Positions 45,498 to 54,847 of a stretch of 64,000 bases of DNA are shown here, one piece after another. A program made the position numbers and the translations under genes. Every line of letters begins with the position of its first letter. The first letter of the stretch is position 1. The DNA comes from Armatimonadota bacterium (lineage in GTDB: Bacteria; Armatimonadota; UBA10988): NCBI GenBank assembly GCA_016235455.1, contig JACRKZ010000031.1:32001-96000 (forward strand), written 5' to 3'. The notes beneath the pieces are model-generated. The model made no database searches. It had not been told where the DNA came from and was given only the letters and a program-made list of their open reading frames with translations.

Positions 45498-47861
45498 TCA
45501 GCGCGCCAACCGGAACTCGGCCATGCGCGGCAGGTTGTGGTAGCGGCCGGCCTCGAAGGTCGGGCTGAAGGCCAGCGTCTCGCCGCCCTCCTGGCGCACG
45601 CCACGGATGAAGTTCATGTAGACCGCGTCGCCCGGCTTCACCGGCCCGACCGCCGACACGTCGCTCAGCGGCAGCGACCACAGCAACGTCCAGCTCTGGG
45701 GCGCGATGGCCGGCTGGTAGCGCAGGCCCTTGCCCCACTTCTCGTCGGTGCTGCTCCAGTAGTCCACGCGCGGCTGAATGTAGAAGCCCACCTGCCGGTA
45801 CGGCTTGTCGCGCTGGGTCGAGAGGAACCACTCCCAGCGGTCGCCCCAGAACCACTCGCCCGAGTACAGCCCCTTGGTGTCCAGGTGGTCCACCAGCCGG
45901 GCGTACAGTCGCTGGCCGTCGTGCACCAGTTGCAGGTCGGCAGAGCGGTCTTCGATGGGGTAGCCGGCCACGTTGCGGTTGATGCGCAGGATGGGCACCT
46001 GGGTCCAGTCGACCCGGGCCGGATCGCCATCGGCCACCGCCGCGCAGCGGCCCACCTCGGCGCTGGGCGGCGGCTGCGTCTTGGCCAGGTCCACCTCGGT
46101 CTGGTGGTTCTTCTTGCGCGTCCAGAGCTTCTTGCCCTCGGTCATCCACTGCCAGATGGTCGCGCGGAAGTGCGCCACGCGCTGCTTTGCCGTGTCGGTC
46201 GCCGCGGCCGCCTCGGCGTTGGCCAGCACACGGCCCCAGTGGGCCATGCGCGTGTCGGTGCCCAGACGATCCCAGGCCGCCGCCTCGGTGCTCACCGGCC
46301 GGCCGCCCTGGTAGTTGCCGTAGTCGTGGAAAGCCTTCTCGATCTCGTTGTACAGCGTGGTCATCGGCCCGGCGGCGGCTCCGTACCAGCGGGGGAAGAA
46401 CTCGGCCTGCAGCTTGGCCGGATCGAGGGTAGGATCGTCCAGCAGCTTGGTGTAGAGCCAGGCGTCGAAAGCGTGGTCGTAGAGCCCGCAGATCATGAAG
46501 CCGCGCACCCCATCGGCGGCGAACATGCGCATCAATTCGGTCATGCGCCGTGCCTCGAACACTGGGAAGCTGTGGTAGCCCTGCGCCGTGGCGGTCTCGA
46601 TGGGGAAGCAGGGGTAGAGCCACAGCGACTTGAGGCGGCCGGGGCAGCGCCGGGCCCACTCCTTGTAGTAGCGGTACTGGTGCCCGCCATCGCGCGGCCA
46701 GAAGCGCGTGTCGATGGCCGGGCCAACCAGGATGTTGGGCGCCAGATCGAGCCCCTTGGGCGGCTCGGAGTAGTCGAAGTAGGCCAACTGCGCCACGTAC
46801 TTGTCCGGGTGGGTCTTGAGCAGTTCGCGCGCCACCCGGTCGGTGAACGTCCAGACGAGCCGGCTGGCTGAGCCGTTGAAGAAGTCGTCCACATCCTTGG
46901 GCTGCATCAGCGCCTGGCAGTTGGGGCACTTGCAGTCCGTCTCGATATCGCGCGGCACCAGGCCCACCCAGCCATCGCCGGCATTCGAGAACCGGCAGCC
47001 CTTGCCGTCGAAGTAGTCGCGCGCATCCTGCACGACCTGGGCGATGGTGGCCGGGTTTGAAAAGCAGAGCTGTCCGCCGATGGGCTCGCGGCCGACCGCG
47101 AAGTACTCAGGATGGTAGCTCTCGAACTCGGGCGAGTCCTTCTGCAGGAACCGCTTGGGCCAGCGCTCAAAGGAGTGGCTGATGGTCTCGCCGTGGGCAA
47201 GGCGGTTGCGCAGGTGCCACAGGTTGACCTCGTCGCCGGATGGCGCGGGCTCGCCCCAGGCCTTGAAGTTGACGCCGAAGGCCTGCCGCCGGTCCGGGAA
47301 GGCCGGGTGGCGGCGCACCTCGCCGACGGCCAGGCTCAGGTCGGCGGTCTTGGGCGGCAGCCATGTCCCGGCGGCGCCCGGCGCGTACCAGCGCACACCC
47401 AGAGTGTTCTCGAGCAGGTGATAGACGGCCAGCAGGCTGCCCCATTCACCCGCGTCGGGCTGCCAGTCCAGGGCCAGTTGCTCGCGTCTGGGCTGATCGG
47501 GCCGCAGCGCCAGCTGGTCGCGGCCCAGCAACACGACCGTGTCGCTCGTGACGCGCACCAGGTACTCGCCGAGGCCGAACTGGTCGCCGCGCAGGCCCAG
47601 CCGGCGCGTCTCGGCACTGTCGCCGACCAGGACGCGCGTGCCGCGCGCCGCGGCGATCTCGCCGGTCTGATCGTCGGTCAGCACCGGCAGCACGGCGCCG
47701 GTGAGCTGCTCGACATGGCGCCGCAACTCGCCCGCGCCGAACCAGGCAGCCTGACTCGGCTCACGCGGCACGATGATCACTGCCGACGGCTGACCACCTG
47801 TCACGAGCGGCGTGCTGCCAGCCCCCAGCAGCGAAACCATGAGCACAAGCGAGACACACAT
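45498..47861 (-). CDS. DUF4838 domain-containing secreted protein with C-terminal CBM9-like domain
   Basis: Signal peptide; AGELRRHVEQLTGAVLPV, LGVRWY.PG, SHSF, HPEYFA, QLCFSNP, CKCPNC, LAYFDY..PP. Confidence 0.8.
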   Translation of the reverse strand: MCVSLVLMVSLLGAGSTPLVTGGQPSAVIIVPREPSQAAWFGAGELRRHVEQLTGAVLPVLTDDQTGEIAAARGTRVLVGDSAETRRLGLRGDQFGLGEYLVRVTSDTVVLLGRDQLALRPDQPRREQLALDWQPDAGEWGSLLAVYHLLENTLGVRWYAPGAAGTWLPPKTADLSLAVGEVRRHPAFPDRRQAFGVNFKAWGEPAPSGDEVNLWHLRNRLAHGETISHSFERWPKRFLQKDSPEFESYHPEYFAVGREPIGGQLCFSNPATIAQVVQDARDYFDGKGCRFSNAGDGWVGLVPRDIETDCKCPNCQALMQPKDVDDFFNGSASRLVWTFTDRVARELLKTHPDKYVAQLAYFDYSEPPKGLDLAPNILVGPAIDTRFWPRDGGHQYRYYKEWARRCPGRLKSLWLYPCFPIETATAQGYHSFPVFEARRMTELMRMFAADGVRGFMICGLYDHAFDAWLYTKLLDDPTLDPAKLQAEFFPRWYGAAAGPMTTLYNEIEKAFHDYGNYQGGRPVSTEAAAWDRLGTDTRMAHWGRVLANAEAAAATDTAKQRVAHFRATIWQWMTEGKKLWTRKKNHQTEVDLAKTQPPPSAEVGRCAAVADGDPARVDWTQVPILRINRNVAGYPIEDRSADLQLVHDGQRLYARLVDHLDTKGLYSGEWFWGDRWEWFLSTQRDKPYRQVGFYIQPRVDYWSSTDEKWGKGLRYQPAIAPQSWTLLWSLPLSDVSAVGPVKPGDAVYMNFIRGVRQEGGETLAFSPTFEAGRYHNLPRMAEFRLAR

Positions 47862-48004
47862 CGCAACAGACCTCCCAGTGGCACCACACGACGCTTCGGT
47901 CCCGCCGTTCGGTTCCCTCCACGGCCCCGATTACGCGCCAGCCGAGGCCGATTTGCCCGACTCCCCGGTCGGCGGCCCCGGCCTGGCCATTTGCGCATTT
48001 GGTC

Positions 48005-48052
48005 TTGACGACGGTCCTCTGGAAGGCCATAATCAGCTTGCACATTCGAATG
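48005..48052 (+). promoter_or_regulatory. sigma70 promoter with downstream LacI-type operator
   Basis: TTGACG (48005-48010), 17 bp, CATAAT (48028-48033); CG-centred palindrome CATTCGAATG at 48043-48052. Confidence 0.7.
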
Positions 48053-48076
48053 CCCAGACGTTCCGTGGAGACACTG

Positions 48077-50395
48077 ATGCGACGATGGATGCTCGTTCTG
48101 GCGCTGGCGGCCATGGCTACCGCGAACGCCGCGGTGGTGAAGGTGGCCAAGGCCGGTGACCGGTGGCAACTGCTGCGCGATGGTCAGCCGTACGTGGTCA
48201 AGGGTGCCGGTGGCGACGGCCCGAAGGCCGAGTTGGCCAATCTCGGCGCCAACTCGTTCCGCACCTGGGGTGCCGATGGCCTCGAGAAGCAGTTGGACCA
48301 GGCAGAGCGGCTGGGCCTGACGGTGACGGTGGGCATCTGGCTGGGCCACAAGGCGCACGGCTTCGACTGGCACAACGCGGCGGCCGTGGCCGAGCAGAAA
48401 GAGCGCGCCAAGCGCAACGTGCTGGCCTACAAGGATCATCCCGCGCTGCTGATGTGGGGCCTGGGCAACGAGATGGAGCAGGGCCAGGAAGAGGACCCCG
48501 TGATGTGGGGCGCCATCAACGACCTGGCCACGATGGTCAAGGAGCTCGACCCGAACCATCCGACCATGACGGTGGTGGCGGAGTTGGGCGGCCGAAAGGT
48601 TGAGACCATCGAGAAGCTCTGCCCGGCGGTCGACATCCTGGGCATCAACACCTATGCCGGTGCGCAGAGCATCCCCGAACGCTACGCCAAGGCGGGGGGC
48701 ACCAAGCCCTACCTGCTGACCGAGTATGGCCCGCCGGGCACCTGGGAGTTCTGGAAGAAGACGCCGTGGGGCGCCATGGACGAGCCGACCAGCGTCGAGA
48801 AGTCCGAGTGGTATGAGAAGGCCTACACGGCCAACGTGGTGGACAACGCCAAGCAGTGCCTCGGCGCGTACGCATTCACCTGGGGCAACAAGCAGGAGGC
48901 CTCGGCCACATGGTTCGGGCTGCTGCTGCCCGACGGCTGCAAGCTCAACCCCGTCGATGCGCTGTCCAAGCTGTGGACCGGCAAGGCCGTGGAGGATCCG
49001 TGCCCGACCGTGGAGCCGCTGGTGGTCGACGGCCCGCGCGAGGTAGCCCAGGGCGCGACCGTGAAGGTGGCGCTGAAGGCCAGTGACCCGACCAAGGCGA
49101 CGGTCAACGTGAGTTGGATCCTCTCGGGCGAGCCGGCCAACTACAACACCGGCGGCGCCACCGAGGCCGCCCCGCCGACCTATCCCGACGCCATCGTCAA
49201 GTCCGATGTGAACGGCGCCGAGCTGATCATGCCGGGCCCCGGCCGCTACCGCCTGTTCGCCTACGTGCGCAACGGCCGCGGCAGCGCGGCAATGGCCAAC
49301 ATCGCGCTTAACGTCAAGCCGCGCGCGGTGGCCTCCGACCCGACCAAGTCGCTGGTGGTGATGGGCGAAGAGGGCGTCAAGGCGCTGTGGTATCCGTCGG
49401 GCTACATGGGCAACAACGGCCAGGTGACCGTCGATGAGAAGTGCGCCGTGCAGCCGCACAGCGGCAAGACCTGCGTGCTGTCGCGCTACGGCGCCGGCGA
49501 CGGTTGGGCCGGCGTGGTCTGGCAGAACCCGGCCAACGACTGGGGCGACAAGCCCGGCGGTTGGGATCTGACCGGCGCCAGCCGGCTGAGCTTCTGGGCG
49601 CGCGGCGAGAGCGGCGGCGAGGTGGTCAGCTTCAGCTTCGGCCTGCTCAAGGACAGCAAGTTCCGTGACACCGGCCGCGGCGAGCTCAAGGACGTCAAGC
49701 TGACCAAGGACTGGCAGCAGTACACCATCGACCTGGCTGGGAAGGACCTGAGTCAGATCAAGACCGGCTTCTGCTGGGTGGTGGCGGGCCAGGGCAAGCC
49801 GGTGACGTTCTATCTGGACGACGTGAGCTACGACGGCATCGCCGAGGCGGCTTCGCCCGCGCCGCCGCCGGCGACCGCTCAAGCGCCCCGAGGCGAGCTG
49901 CCGCTGGCGGTCTATGACGAGCCCAACGACAAGCTGCCCTGGATCCCCTCGGGCTACATGGGCAACAACGGCGCGGTGACCATGAACGCCGAGTGCGCCG
50001 ACAAGCCGCACGATGGCAAGACCTGCCTGAAAGTCGACTACAAGGCGGCCGACGGCTGGGCCGGGGTGGTCTGGCAGAGCCCGGCCAACGACTGGGATGG
50101 CCTGCAGCCCGGCGGCTGGAACCTGACCGGTGCCAAGGCGTTGACCTTCTGGGCACGCGGCGCCAAGGGCGGCGAGGTGGTCAGCTTCAGCTTCGGCCTG
50201 GTAGGCAAGGCGGCCAAGTACGCCGACAGCGCCAAGGGCGAGTTGAAGGATGCCAAGCTGACCACCGATTGGCAGCAGTTCCGCATCGAGCTCGACGGCA
50301 AGGACTTGAGCCGCATCAAGACCGGCTTCTGCTGGGTCGTGGCAGGTAAGGGCGAGCCGATCACCTTCTACTTGGACGACGTGCGCTGGGAATAG
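48077..50395 (+). CDS. secreted clan GH-A (GH2-like TIM barrel) glycoside hydrolase with two tandem CBM-like beta-sandwich domains
   Basis: Signal peptide; GANSFRTW, YKDHPALLMWGLGNE (acid/base), LLTEYGP (nucleophile); duplicated PSGYMGNNG...WAGVVWQ.PANDW...FWARG...FYLDDV module. Confidence 0.8.
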   Translation: MRRWMLVLALAAMATANAAVVKVAKAGDRWQLLRDGQPYVVKGAGGDGPKAELANLGANSFRTWGADGLEKQLDQAERLGLTVTVGIWLGHKAHGFDWHNAAAVAEQKERAKRNVLAYKDHPALLMWGLGNEMEQGQEEDPVMWGAINDLATMVKELDPNHPTMTVVAELGGRKVETIEKLCPAVDILGINTYAGAQSIPERYAKAGGTKPYLLTEYGPPGTWEFWKKTPWGAMDEPTSVEKSEWYEKAYTANVVDNAKQCLGAYAFTWGNKQEASATWFGLLLPDGCKLNPVDALSKLWTGKAVEDPCPTVEPLVVDGPREVAQGATVKVALKASDPTKATVNVSWILSGEPANYNTGGATEAAPPTYPDAIVKSDVNGAELIMPGPGRYRLFAYVRNGRGSAAMANIALNVKPRAVASDPTKSLVVMGEEGVKALWYPSGYMGNNGQVTVDEKCAVQPHSGKTCVLSRYGAGDGWAGVVWQNPANDWGDKPGGWDLTGASRLSFWARGESGGEVVSFSFGLLKDSKFRDTGRGELKDVKLTKDWQQYTIDLAGKDLSQIKTGFCWVVAGQGKPVTFYLDDVSYDGIAEAASPAPPPATAQAPRGELPLAVYDEPNDKLPWIPSGYMGNNGAVTMNAECADKPHDGKTCLKVDYKAADGWAGVVWQSPANDWDGLQPGGWNLTGAKALTFWARGAKGGEVVSFSFGLVGKAAKYADSAKGELKDAKLTTDWQQFRIELDGKDLSRIKTGFCWVVAGKGEPITFYLDDVRWE

Positions 50396-50402
50396 GCGGC
50401 TC

Positions 50403-51371
50403 ATGGCGGTCACCACACACGATATCGCGGAGCGGCTGGGTCTGTCGCAGTCGACGGTCTCGCGCATCCTCAGCGGCGCGGCGGGCCATCGGGCCGCTGC
50501 CGGTACGCGCGAGCGGGTGCTGGCCACGGCGCGGGAGATGGGCTACCGGCCAAACGCCGTGGCCCGCTCGCTGCGGCGCGGCCGCACCGAGGTGGTCGGG
50601 CTGTATACCGGTCACGACTACGACGCGCGCAACGAGTTCCTGGGCACCGTGCTCGGCGGGCTCCAGCGCGCCTGCGAGCGGCAGCGGCTGGACCTCATGC
50701 TGTTCAGCGCGTATGGCGGCCGCGCGCCGGAAGCGATGATGGGGCGGCTGCATGATGGCCGCATCGATGGTCTGCTGGTGCATACCACCACCGACGACCC
50801 GATCGTGCCGTTGCTGGCCGAGACGGACCTGCCGGTGGTGGCGGTGGCCGACGCCTTGCCGGGTTTGCCGGCGGCCACGGCCGACGACGAGCGGGGCATG
50901 GCGCTGCTCATCGACCACCTGTGGGAACGCGGCTACCGGCGCTACCGCATGGTGGTGCCACGGCAGTCGCTGGTGTCGGTGGCGCGGCGGCAGGCGGCCT
51001 TCCTGGCGGCCATGGCGGCGCACCCCGAGGCCGAAGGCGCGGTACTGACGGTGACCGAGGAGGACGGCCGCATGGTGCTGCCAGTGCTGCCGCCGGACAC
51101 GGTGGCCTGCTGCTGGAACGACCGCACGGCCTACGACCTGCTGCGCGCCTGCCGCGAGGCCGGCCTGCGCGTACCGCAAGAAGTGGCGGTGGCCGGGTTC
51201 GACGGGTTCCTCGACGAGAAGCTGCCGGCACGGCAGTTGCTGACTGTGGCCTGCCCGTGGGATCTCGTGGCCGAAGCCGCGCTCGACCAGCTCAGCCGCA
51301 TCGTGGATGGGCAGAGCGTGGACGTGGAGGTGCGACTACCGGTGCGGCTGGTGGAGGGCGATACGGCGTAG
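50403..51371 (+). CDS. LacI family transcriptional regulator
   Basis: TTHDIAERLGLSQSTVSRIL, MGYRPNAVARSLR, GLRVPQEVAVAGFD. Confidence 0.93.
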   Translation: MAVTTHDIAERLGLSQSTVSRILSGAAGHRAAAGTRERVLATAREMGYRPNAVARSLRRGRTEVVGLYTGHDYDARNEFLGTVLGGLQRACERQRLDLMLFSAYGGRAPEAMMGRLHDGRIDGLLVHTTTDDPIVPLLAETDLPVVAVADALPGLPAATADDERGMALLIDHLWERGYRRYRMVVPRQSLVSVARRQAAFLAAMAAHPEAEGAVLTVTEEDGRMVLPVLPPDTVACCWNDRTAYDLLRACREAGLRVPQEVAVAGFDGFLDEKLPARQLLTVACPWDLVAEAALDQLSRIVDGQSVDVEVRLPVRLVEGDTA

Positions 51372-51434
51372 GCGGCTGCCTGCGGCGCGTCCGGCGCGCG
51401 GCGGAGGCGTCTGTGCCGCGCGCCGACCCTCGCG

Positions 51435-51595
51435 CTGGCCCACGAGCGTCGATTCGTCCCGCTGTGAGGCATCGCATGGACCACGGCCAACTCCGCGAGG
51501 CCTTTGTCGAATGCCACCACCATGCCCGACTCGGCATGGGCGCGAGACAGGATGGCAGATCCGCCTGGGTCTTCGGCCGGGTCACCGGTCCAAAG
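51435..51595 (-). pseudogene. decayed DUF5615 PIN-like protein fragment
   Basis: WTGDPAEDPGGSAILSRAHAESGMVVAFDKGLAELAVVHAMPHSG resembles DUF5615 W.GD...DPGD..IL..A..E.R...T.DKDFGEL.......H.G. N-terminal LLD motif is absent and acidic residues are lost. Confidence 0.55.
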
Positions 51596-51703
51596 AGGCT
51601 CGGACCGACCGTGATCCGCGCTTACGGCACGTCGTCGTCCATGGTCGTTTGCCACCTTCCTACCAAGGCGTAGCCCAACACGCCGATCAGTCCGCCACCT
51701 TGA

Positions 51704-52348
51704 CTACTCGCCATCCTCATCGAGCCACTGGTCAACCACGCCCAGCCCCTCGTCGTGCGAGCGCGCCGCCTCGAACGCGGCGCGCGCTTCGTCGCGGCGG
51801 CCCAGGGCTTGGAGCGCGCGGCCCAGCAGATGATGGGCGACGAGGTTGTCGGGGTCGGTGGCCACGGCTTCGGCGGCGAGTTCACGGGCCTCGTCGGCCT
51901 CACCGGCGCGCATGGCGGCGCGGGCCGCGCGTTCGAGTTCGATGGCGGCGGCCACATGCGGTTCGACGCGCCGCTGTTCGCCGGCCTCGAGTTGCTCGAC
52001 GCGTCGCAGCCAGCCGGCCACCAAGCCGAACGGGTCGCCAGCGGCCTGGGCAGACTCAAAGGCCAGCCGGGCTTCGGTCAACCGGCCCTGGCGCAGGCGC
52101 GCCTGGCCCAGGTAGAAGGCGGCGAACAGGTCGCGCGGGTCGATGGCCAGCGCCTCCTCGGCGGCGAAGGCGGCGCTGTCGGGGTCGTCGTGGGTCATGG
52201 CCGAGCGCGCGGCGGAGACGTGGGCGGCGGCCAGCGCGTTGGGTGCGGTCTGGTCGGGTGTGACGACGAGCCGCGAGGACTGTGGAGCGCGCTTGGGCGG
52301 CTCCAGCGCCTCGCGCATCAACCCTCTGACCATTCGCCACAGACCCAT
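51704..52348 (-). CDS. tetratricopeptide repeat protein (two internal TPR pairs)
   Basis: ALAIDPRDLFAAFYLGQA...GR..EARLAF and AVATDPDNLVAHHLLGRA...GR..EARAAF. Confidence 0.8.
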   Translation of the reverse strand: MGLWRMVRGLMREALEPPKRAPQSSRLVVTPDQTAPNALAAAHVSAARSAMTHDDPDSAAFAAEEALAIDPRDLFAAFYLGQARLRQGRLTEARLAFESAQAAGDPFGLVAGWLRRVEQLEAGEQRRVEPHVAAAIELERAARAAMRAGEADEARELAAEAVATDPDNLVAHHLLGRALQALGRRDEARAAFEAARSHDEGLGVVDQWLDEDGE

Positions 52349-52411
52349 GCCGTCAACTGCTCCGTCACACCGGGGGCGTTCAATGCTACTCTAGCGCTTG
52401 GAGACGCCAGG

Positions 52412-52870
52412 ATGCCGCAAGTTTCGTCTGTCGTAGTCGTGGCCGCGGAGCCGCGTGTGGTCTACCAGGCCGCTCAGGATGTCGAGGGCCTGGCTGTGTT
52501 CGTCGACGCCCTCGACAGCATCAGTGTGGTCGAGCGCATCGAGCGCCCCGAGGGTCCCGAGACGGTCACTTCCTGGGTGGGCAAGATCCCCGAGTTCAAC
52601 CGCCAGATCAAGTGGACTGAGCGCGACTGGTGGAACGACACCGAGCTGACCTGCCGCTTCACGCTGGTCGACGGCGACCTTGACAAATACGAGGGCACCT
52701 GGACCTTCGCACCCGCCGGCGACGGCAGCTGCACCTGCTCTCTCGTCGTCGACTACGAGTATGACGTGCCGCTCATCGGGCCGCTGATCAAGGGCCTCGT
52801 CTTCAAGAAGATGCAGGCCAGCGTCGACGCCACCCAGGCCGGCCTCAAGACGCGGGCCGAGTCAGTCTGA
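52412..52870 (+). CDS. SRPBCC / polyketide cyclase (START-like) family protein
   Basis: VY..AQDVE, IKWTERD.W......F.LVDGD...YEGTW.F, YEYDVPLIG; GGAGA RBS. Confidence 0.8.
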   Translation: MPQVSSVVVVAAEPRVVYQAAQDVEGLAVFVDALDSISVVERIERPEGPETVTSWVGKIPEFNRQIKWTERDWWNDTELTCRFTLVDGDLDKYEGTWTFAPAGDGSCTCSLVVDYEYDVPLIGPLIKGLVFKKMQASVDATQAGLKTRAESV

Positions 52871-52949
52871 GGAGCTACATCCGCAGATAGCGCAGATGGA
52901 CGCAGATAGACTCGTCTGATCATCTGCGTCCATCTGCGGATGTTACTCC
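52871..52949. repeat. inverted repeat built from 9-bp-period CGCAGAT units, between convergent genes
   Basis: ACATCCGCAGATAGCGCAGATGGACGCAGAT...ATCTGCGTCCATCTGCGGATGT. Confidence 0.7.
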
Positions 52950-52958
52950 TCGCCGTAG

Positions 52959-53768
52959 CTACGGGATTTCCATGATCTCGATGTTGCGGAACTCGCAGGG
53001 ATGGCTCTCGGACTGCAGTGAGAAGGTGCCCTTCTCGAGCAGCAGCTTGCCGTCCTTGATGAGCGGCTTGGCGTTGCCGTCGTTGGGGTCGAGCTGCGGC
53101 TGCTCATACTCGAAGACCAGTTCGCCATTCACCCAGTGGCGGACCTTGCCGCTGCCCAGGAACTCCACCTCGGCCTTGACCCACTGGTCGCCGTGGAAGG
53201 TCTTGGACCGCGAGTTCACGCAGTGCGGCGTGAACAGCTTGCCGTCGATGACCACGTTGGTGCCCGGCGTGCACAGGTTCATCGTCGAGCGCTCGTCCTT
53301 GCCGTTGCCGCCGAGCAATTGCACCTCGATGGAGACCGGGAAGTCCTGGTCCTTGGTCATCGACTCGGGCGACTGGCCGTGGCACATGATGCCGCTGTTG
53401 CGGTAGGCCCAGCCGGGGCCGCCGGAGCACTGGTCGCCGGTGAAGCGGTACTCCAGGCGCAGGCGGTAGCGGCCATAGGGCGTCTTGTAGAACAGGTGGC
53501 CGAAACGGTCACCGAACTTACCGCCGTAGTTCTCGTAGCCGACCTTGATCACGCCGTCTTCGACGCGGAAGGTCTTGAGCGGGTCTTCACCGGCGACATA
53601 GCCGCGGATCTTGGGGATCCAGCCGTCCAGGTCCTTGCCGTTGAACAGGTTGACCCATTTGCCGTCGCCGGCCGGCGGCGGCGGGGTCGGGTCGGCCGCC
53701 ATCGCCGCCGCGCTCATCACGAGCAAAGCGAACAGCGCCAGGCCGATGGCCCGAGTGATCTTGTTCAT
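52959..53768 (-). CDS. DUF1080 (3-keto-disaccharide hydrolase-like) secreted protein
   Basis: W..LFNGKDLDGW, LRLEYRF, NSGIM, IEVQLL, DQW, LQSESHP.EFRNI. Confidence 0.9.
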   Translation of the reverse strand: MNKITRAIGLALFALLVMSAAAMAADPTPPPPAGDGKWVNLFNGKDLDGWIPKIRGYVAGEDPLKTFRVEDGVIKVGYENYGGKFGDRFGHLFYKTPYGRYRLRLEYRFTGDQCSGGPGWAYRNSGIMCHGQSPESMTKDQDFPVSIEVQLLGGNGKDERSTMNLCTPGTNVVIDGKLFTPHCVNSRSKTFHGDQWVKAEVEFLGSGKVRHWVNGELVFEYEQPQLDPNDGNAKPLIKDGKLLLEKGTFSLQSESHPCEFRNIEIMEIP

Positions 53769-54847
53769 GGTAGCTCCCTTGTCTCTTGGGGTTGAACGCC
53801 GCTTGGCGCCAGCAGTTCCAGCGCAGCGGCCAACACATCGTCAACGGTGACAGCGGTCATGCAGTCGAAGCGGCCGGCGCAGGTCGGTCGCTTGTGACAC
53901 GGCGCGCAGGGCAGCGCCCGGTATAGCGGCCTGTAGGCCGCGTCGGGTCCGAACAGGCGGGGCGGGGTCGAGCCATAGACCGCCACCGTCGGGCAGCCCA
54001 CGGCCACCGCCATGTGCATGGGCCCCGTATCCACCGTGAGCATGAGCGCCGCCGATTCCAGCAGCGCCCCGGTCTGGGGGATGGTAGTGGCGCAGACGGC
54101 ACTGCTGACCGGGCTGGTCGCGGCGCCCAGAATGGTCTCGGCCATCTCGGTCTCGGTGGGGCCGCCGGCGATGATCGCGGGCAGGCCGGTGGCCGCGTGG
54201 ATGGCGGCCAGGGCTGGCGCCCAGCGCTCGAGGACCCACATCTTCTGAGGCCGCGTGGTGCCCGGCGCGCAGACCACATAGCCGCCCGGCTCCAGCCCAT
54301 GCTCGGCCAGCCAGGCGCGGGCCACGGCGCGATCGTCGTCGCTGATCGGCAGCGTCATGGCGTAGTCTTCGGGCAACGTGGCCTTGGTGCCCAGATGCTC
54401 GGCCAGGCTGACGTAGATGCTGGTGATGTAGTCGGGCAGTTCCCTGCGCTGGGCCTGTTCGTTGTAGACGAACGGCACGCGCTCGGTGGTGTCGGCTGGC
54501 CGGATCTTGCGTGGCGCGCGCACGGCCTTGACCAGCCAGGCGGTCTTGAACAGGCCATGGATGTCGAGTACCACGTCGAAGCGTTCGCCGCGGAGCCGGC
54601 GCCACAGCTCGCGCGCCTCCCGCCACAGGCGTCCGCGGTCGGTGCGGAGCCAGGTGCGCCACTGCTTGCTCGACGGCACGACTAGCACATCGTCGATGCT
54701 GGGGTCGCCCTGCACGCAGGCGGCGCAGCGGTTCTCGATGGCCCAGGTGATGTGGGCGTCGGGGAACGCCTGCTTGATGAGGCGGCTCACGGGCGATGCG
54801 GTGACGACGTCACCCAGCGCGCTCAGGCGGACAATCAGCACTCGCAT
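53765..54847 (-). CDS. glycosyltransferase family 9 (LPS heptosyltransferase-like)
   Basis: VLIVRLSALGDVV, FD.VLD.HG..K, PG....K.W, DTGPMHMA.A.G.P.V..YG, C.PC....C.....CM. Confidence 0.9.
   Translation of the reverse strand: MRVLIVRLSALGDVVTASPVSRLIKQAFPDAHITWAIENRCAACVQGDPSIDDVLVVPSSKQWRTWLRTDRGRLWREARELWRRLRGERFDVVLDIHGLFKTAWLVKAVRAPRKIRPADTTERVPFVYNEQAQRRELPDYITSIYVSLAEHLGTKATLPEDYAMTLPISDDDRAVARAWLAEHGLEPGGYVVCAPGTTRPQKMWVLERWAPALAAIHAATGLPAIIAGGPTETEMAETILGAATSPVSSAVCATTIPQTGALLESAALMLTVDTGPMHMAVAVGCPTVAVYGSTPPRLFGPDAAYRPLYRALPCAPCHKRPTCAGRFDCMTAVTVDDVLAAALELLAPSGVQPQETRELP

Noticed and set aside
45478-46929. N-terminal extension making a 1094-aa ORF
   Set aside because: Off-frame overlap with the DUF4838 gene; the real start has an RBS and signal peptide at 45477.
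49385-50392. Near-identical repeat pair as a possible diversity-generating retroelement TR/VR
   Set aside because: Both copies are in-frame domains of one protein, the differences are not obviously adenine-specific, and no reverse transcriptase is present.
47801-50527. 908-aa minus-strand ORF
   Set aside because: Antisense shadow of the GH2-like gene.
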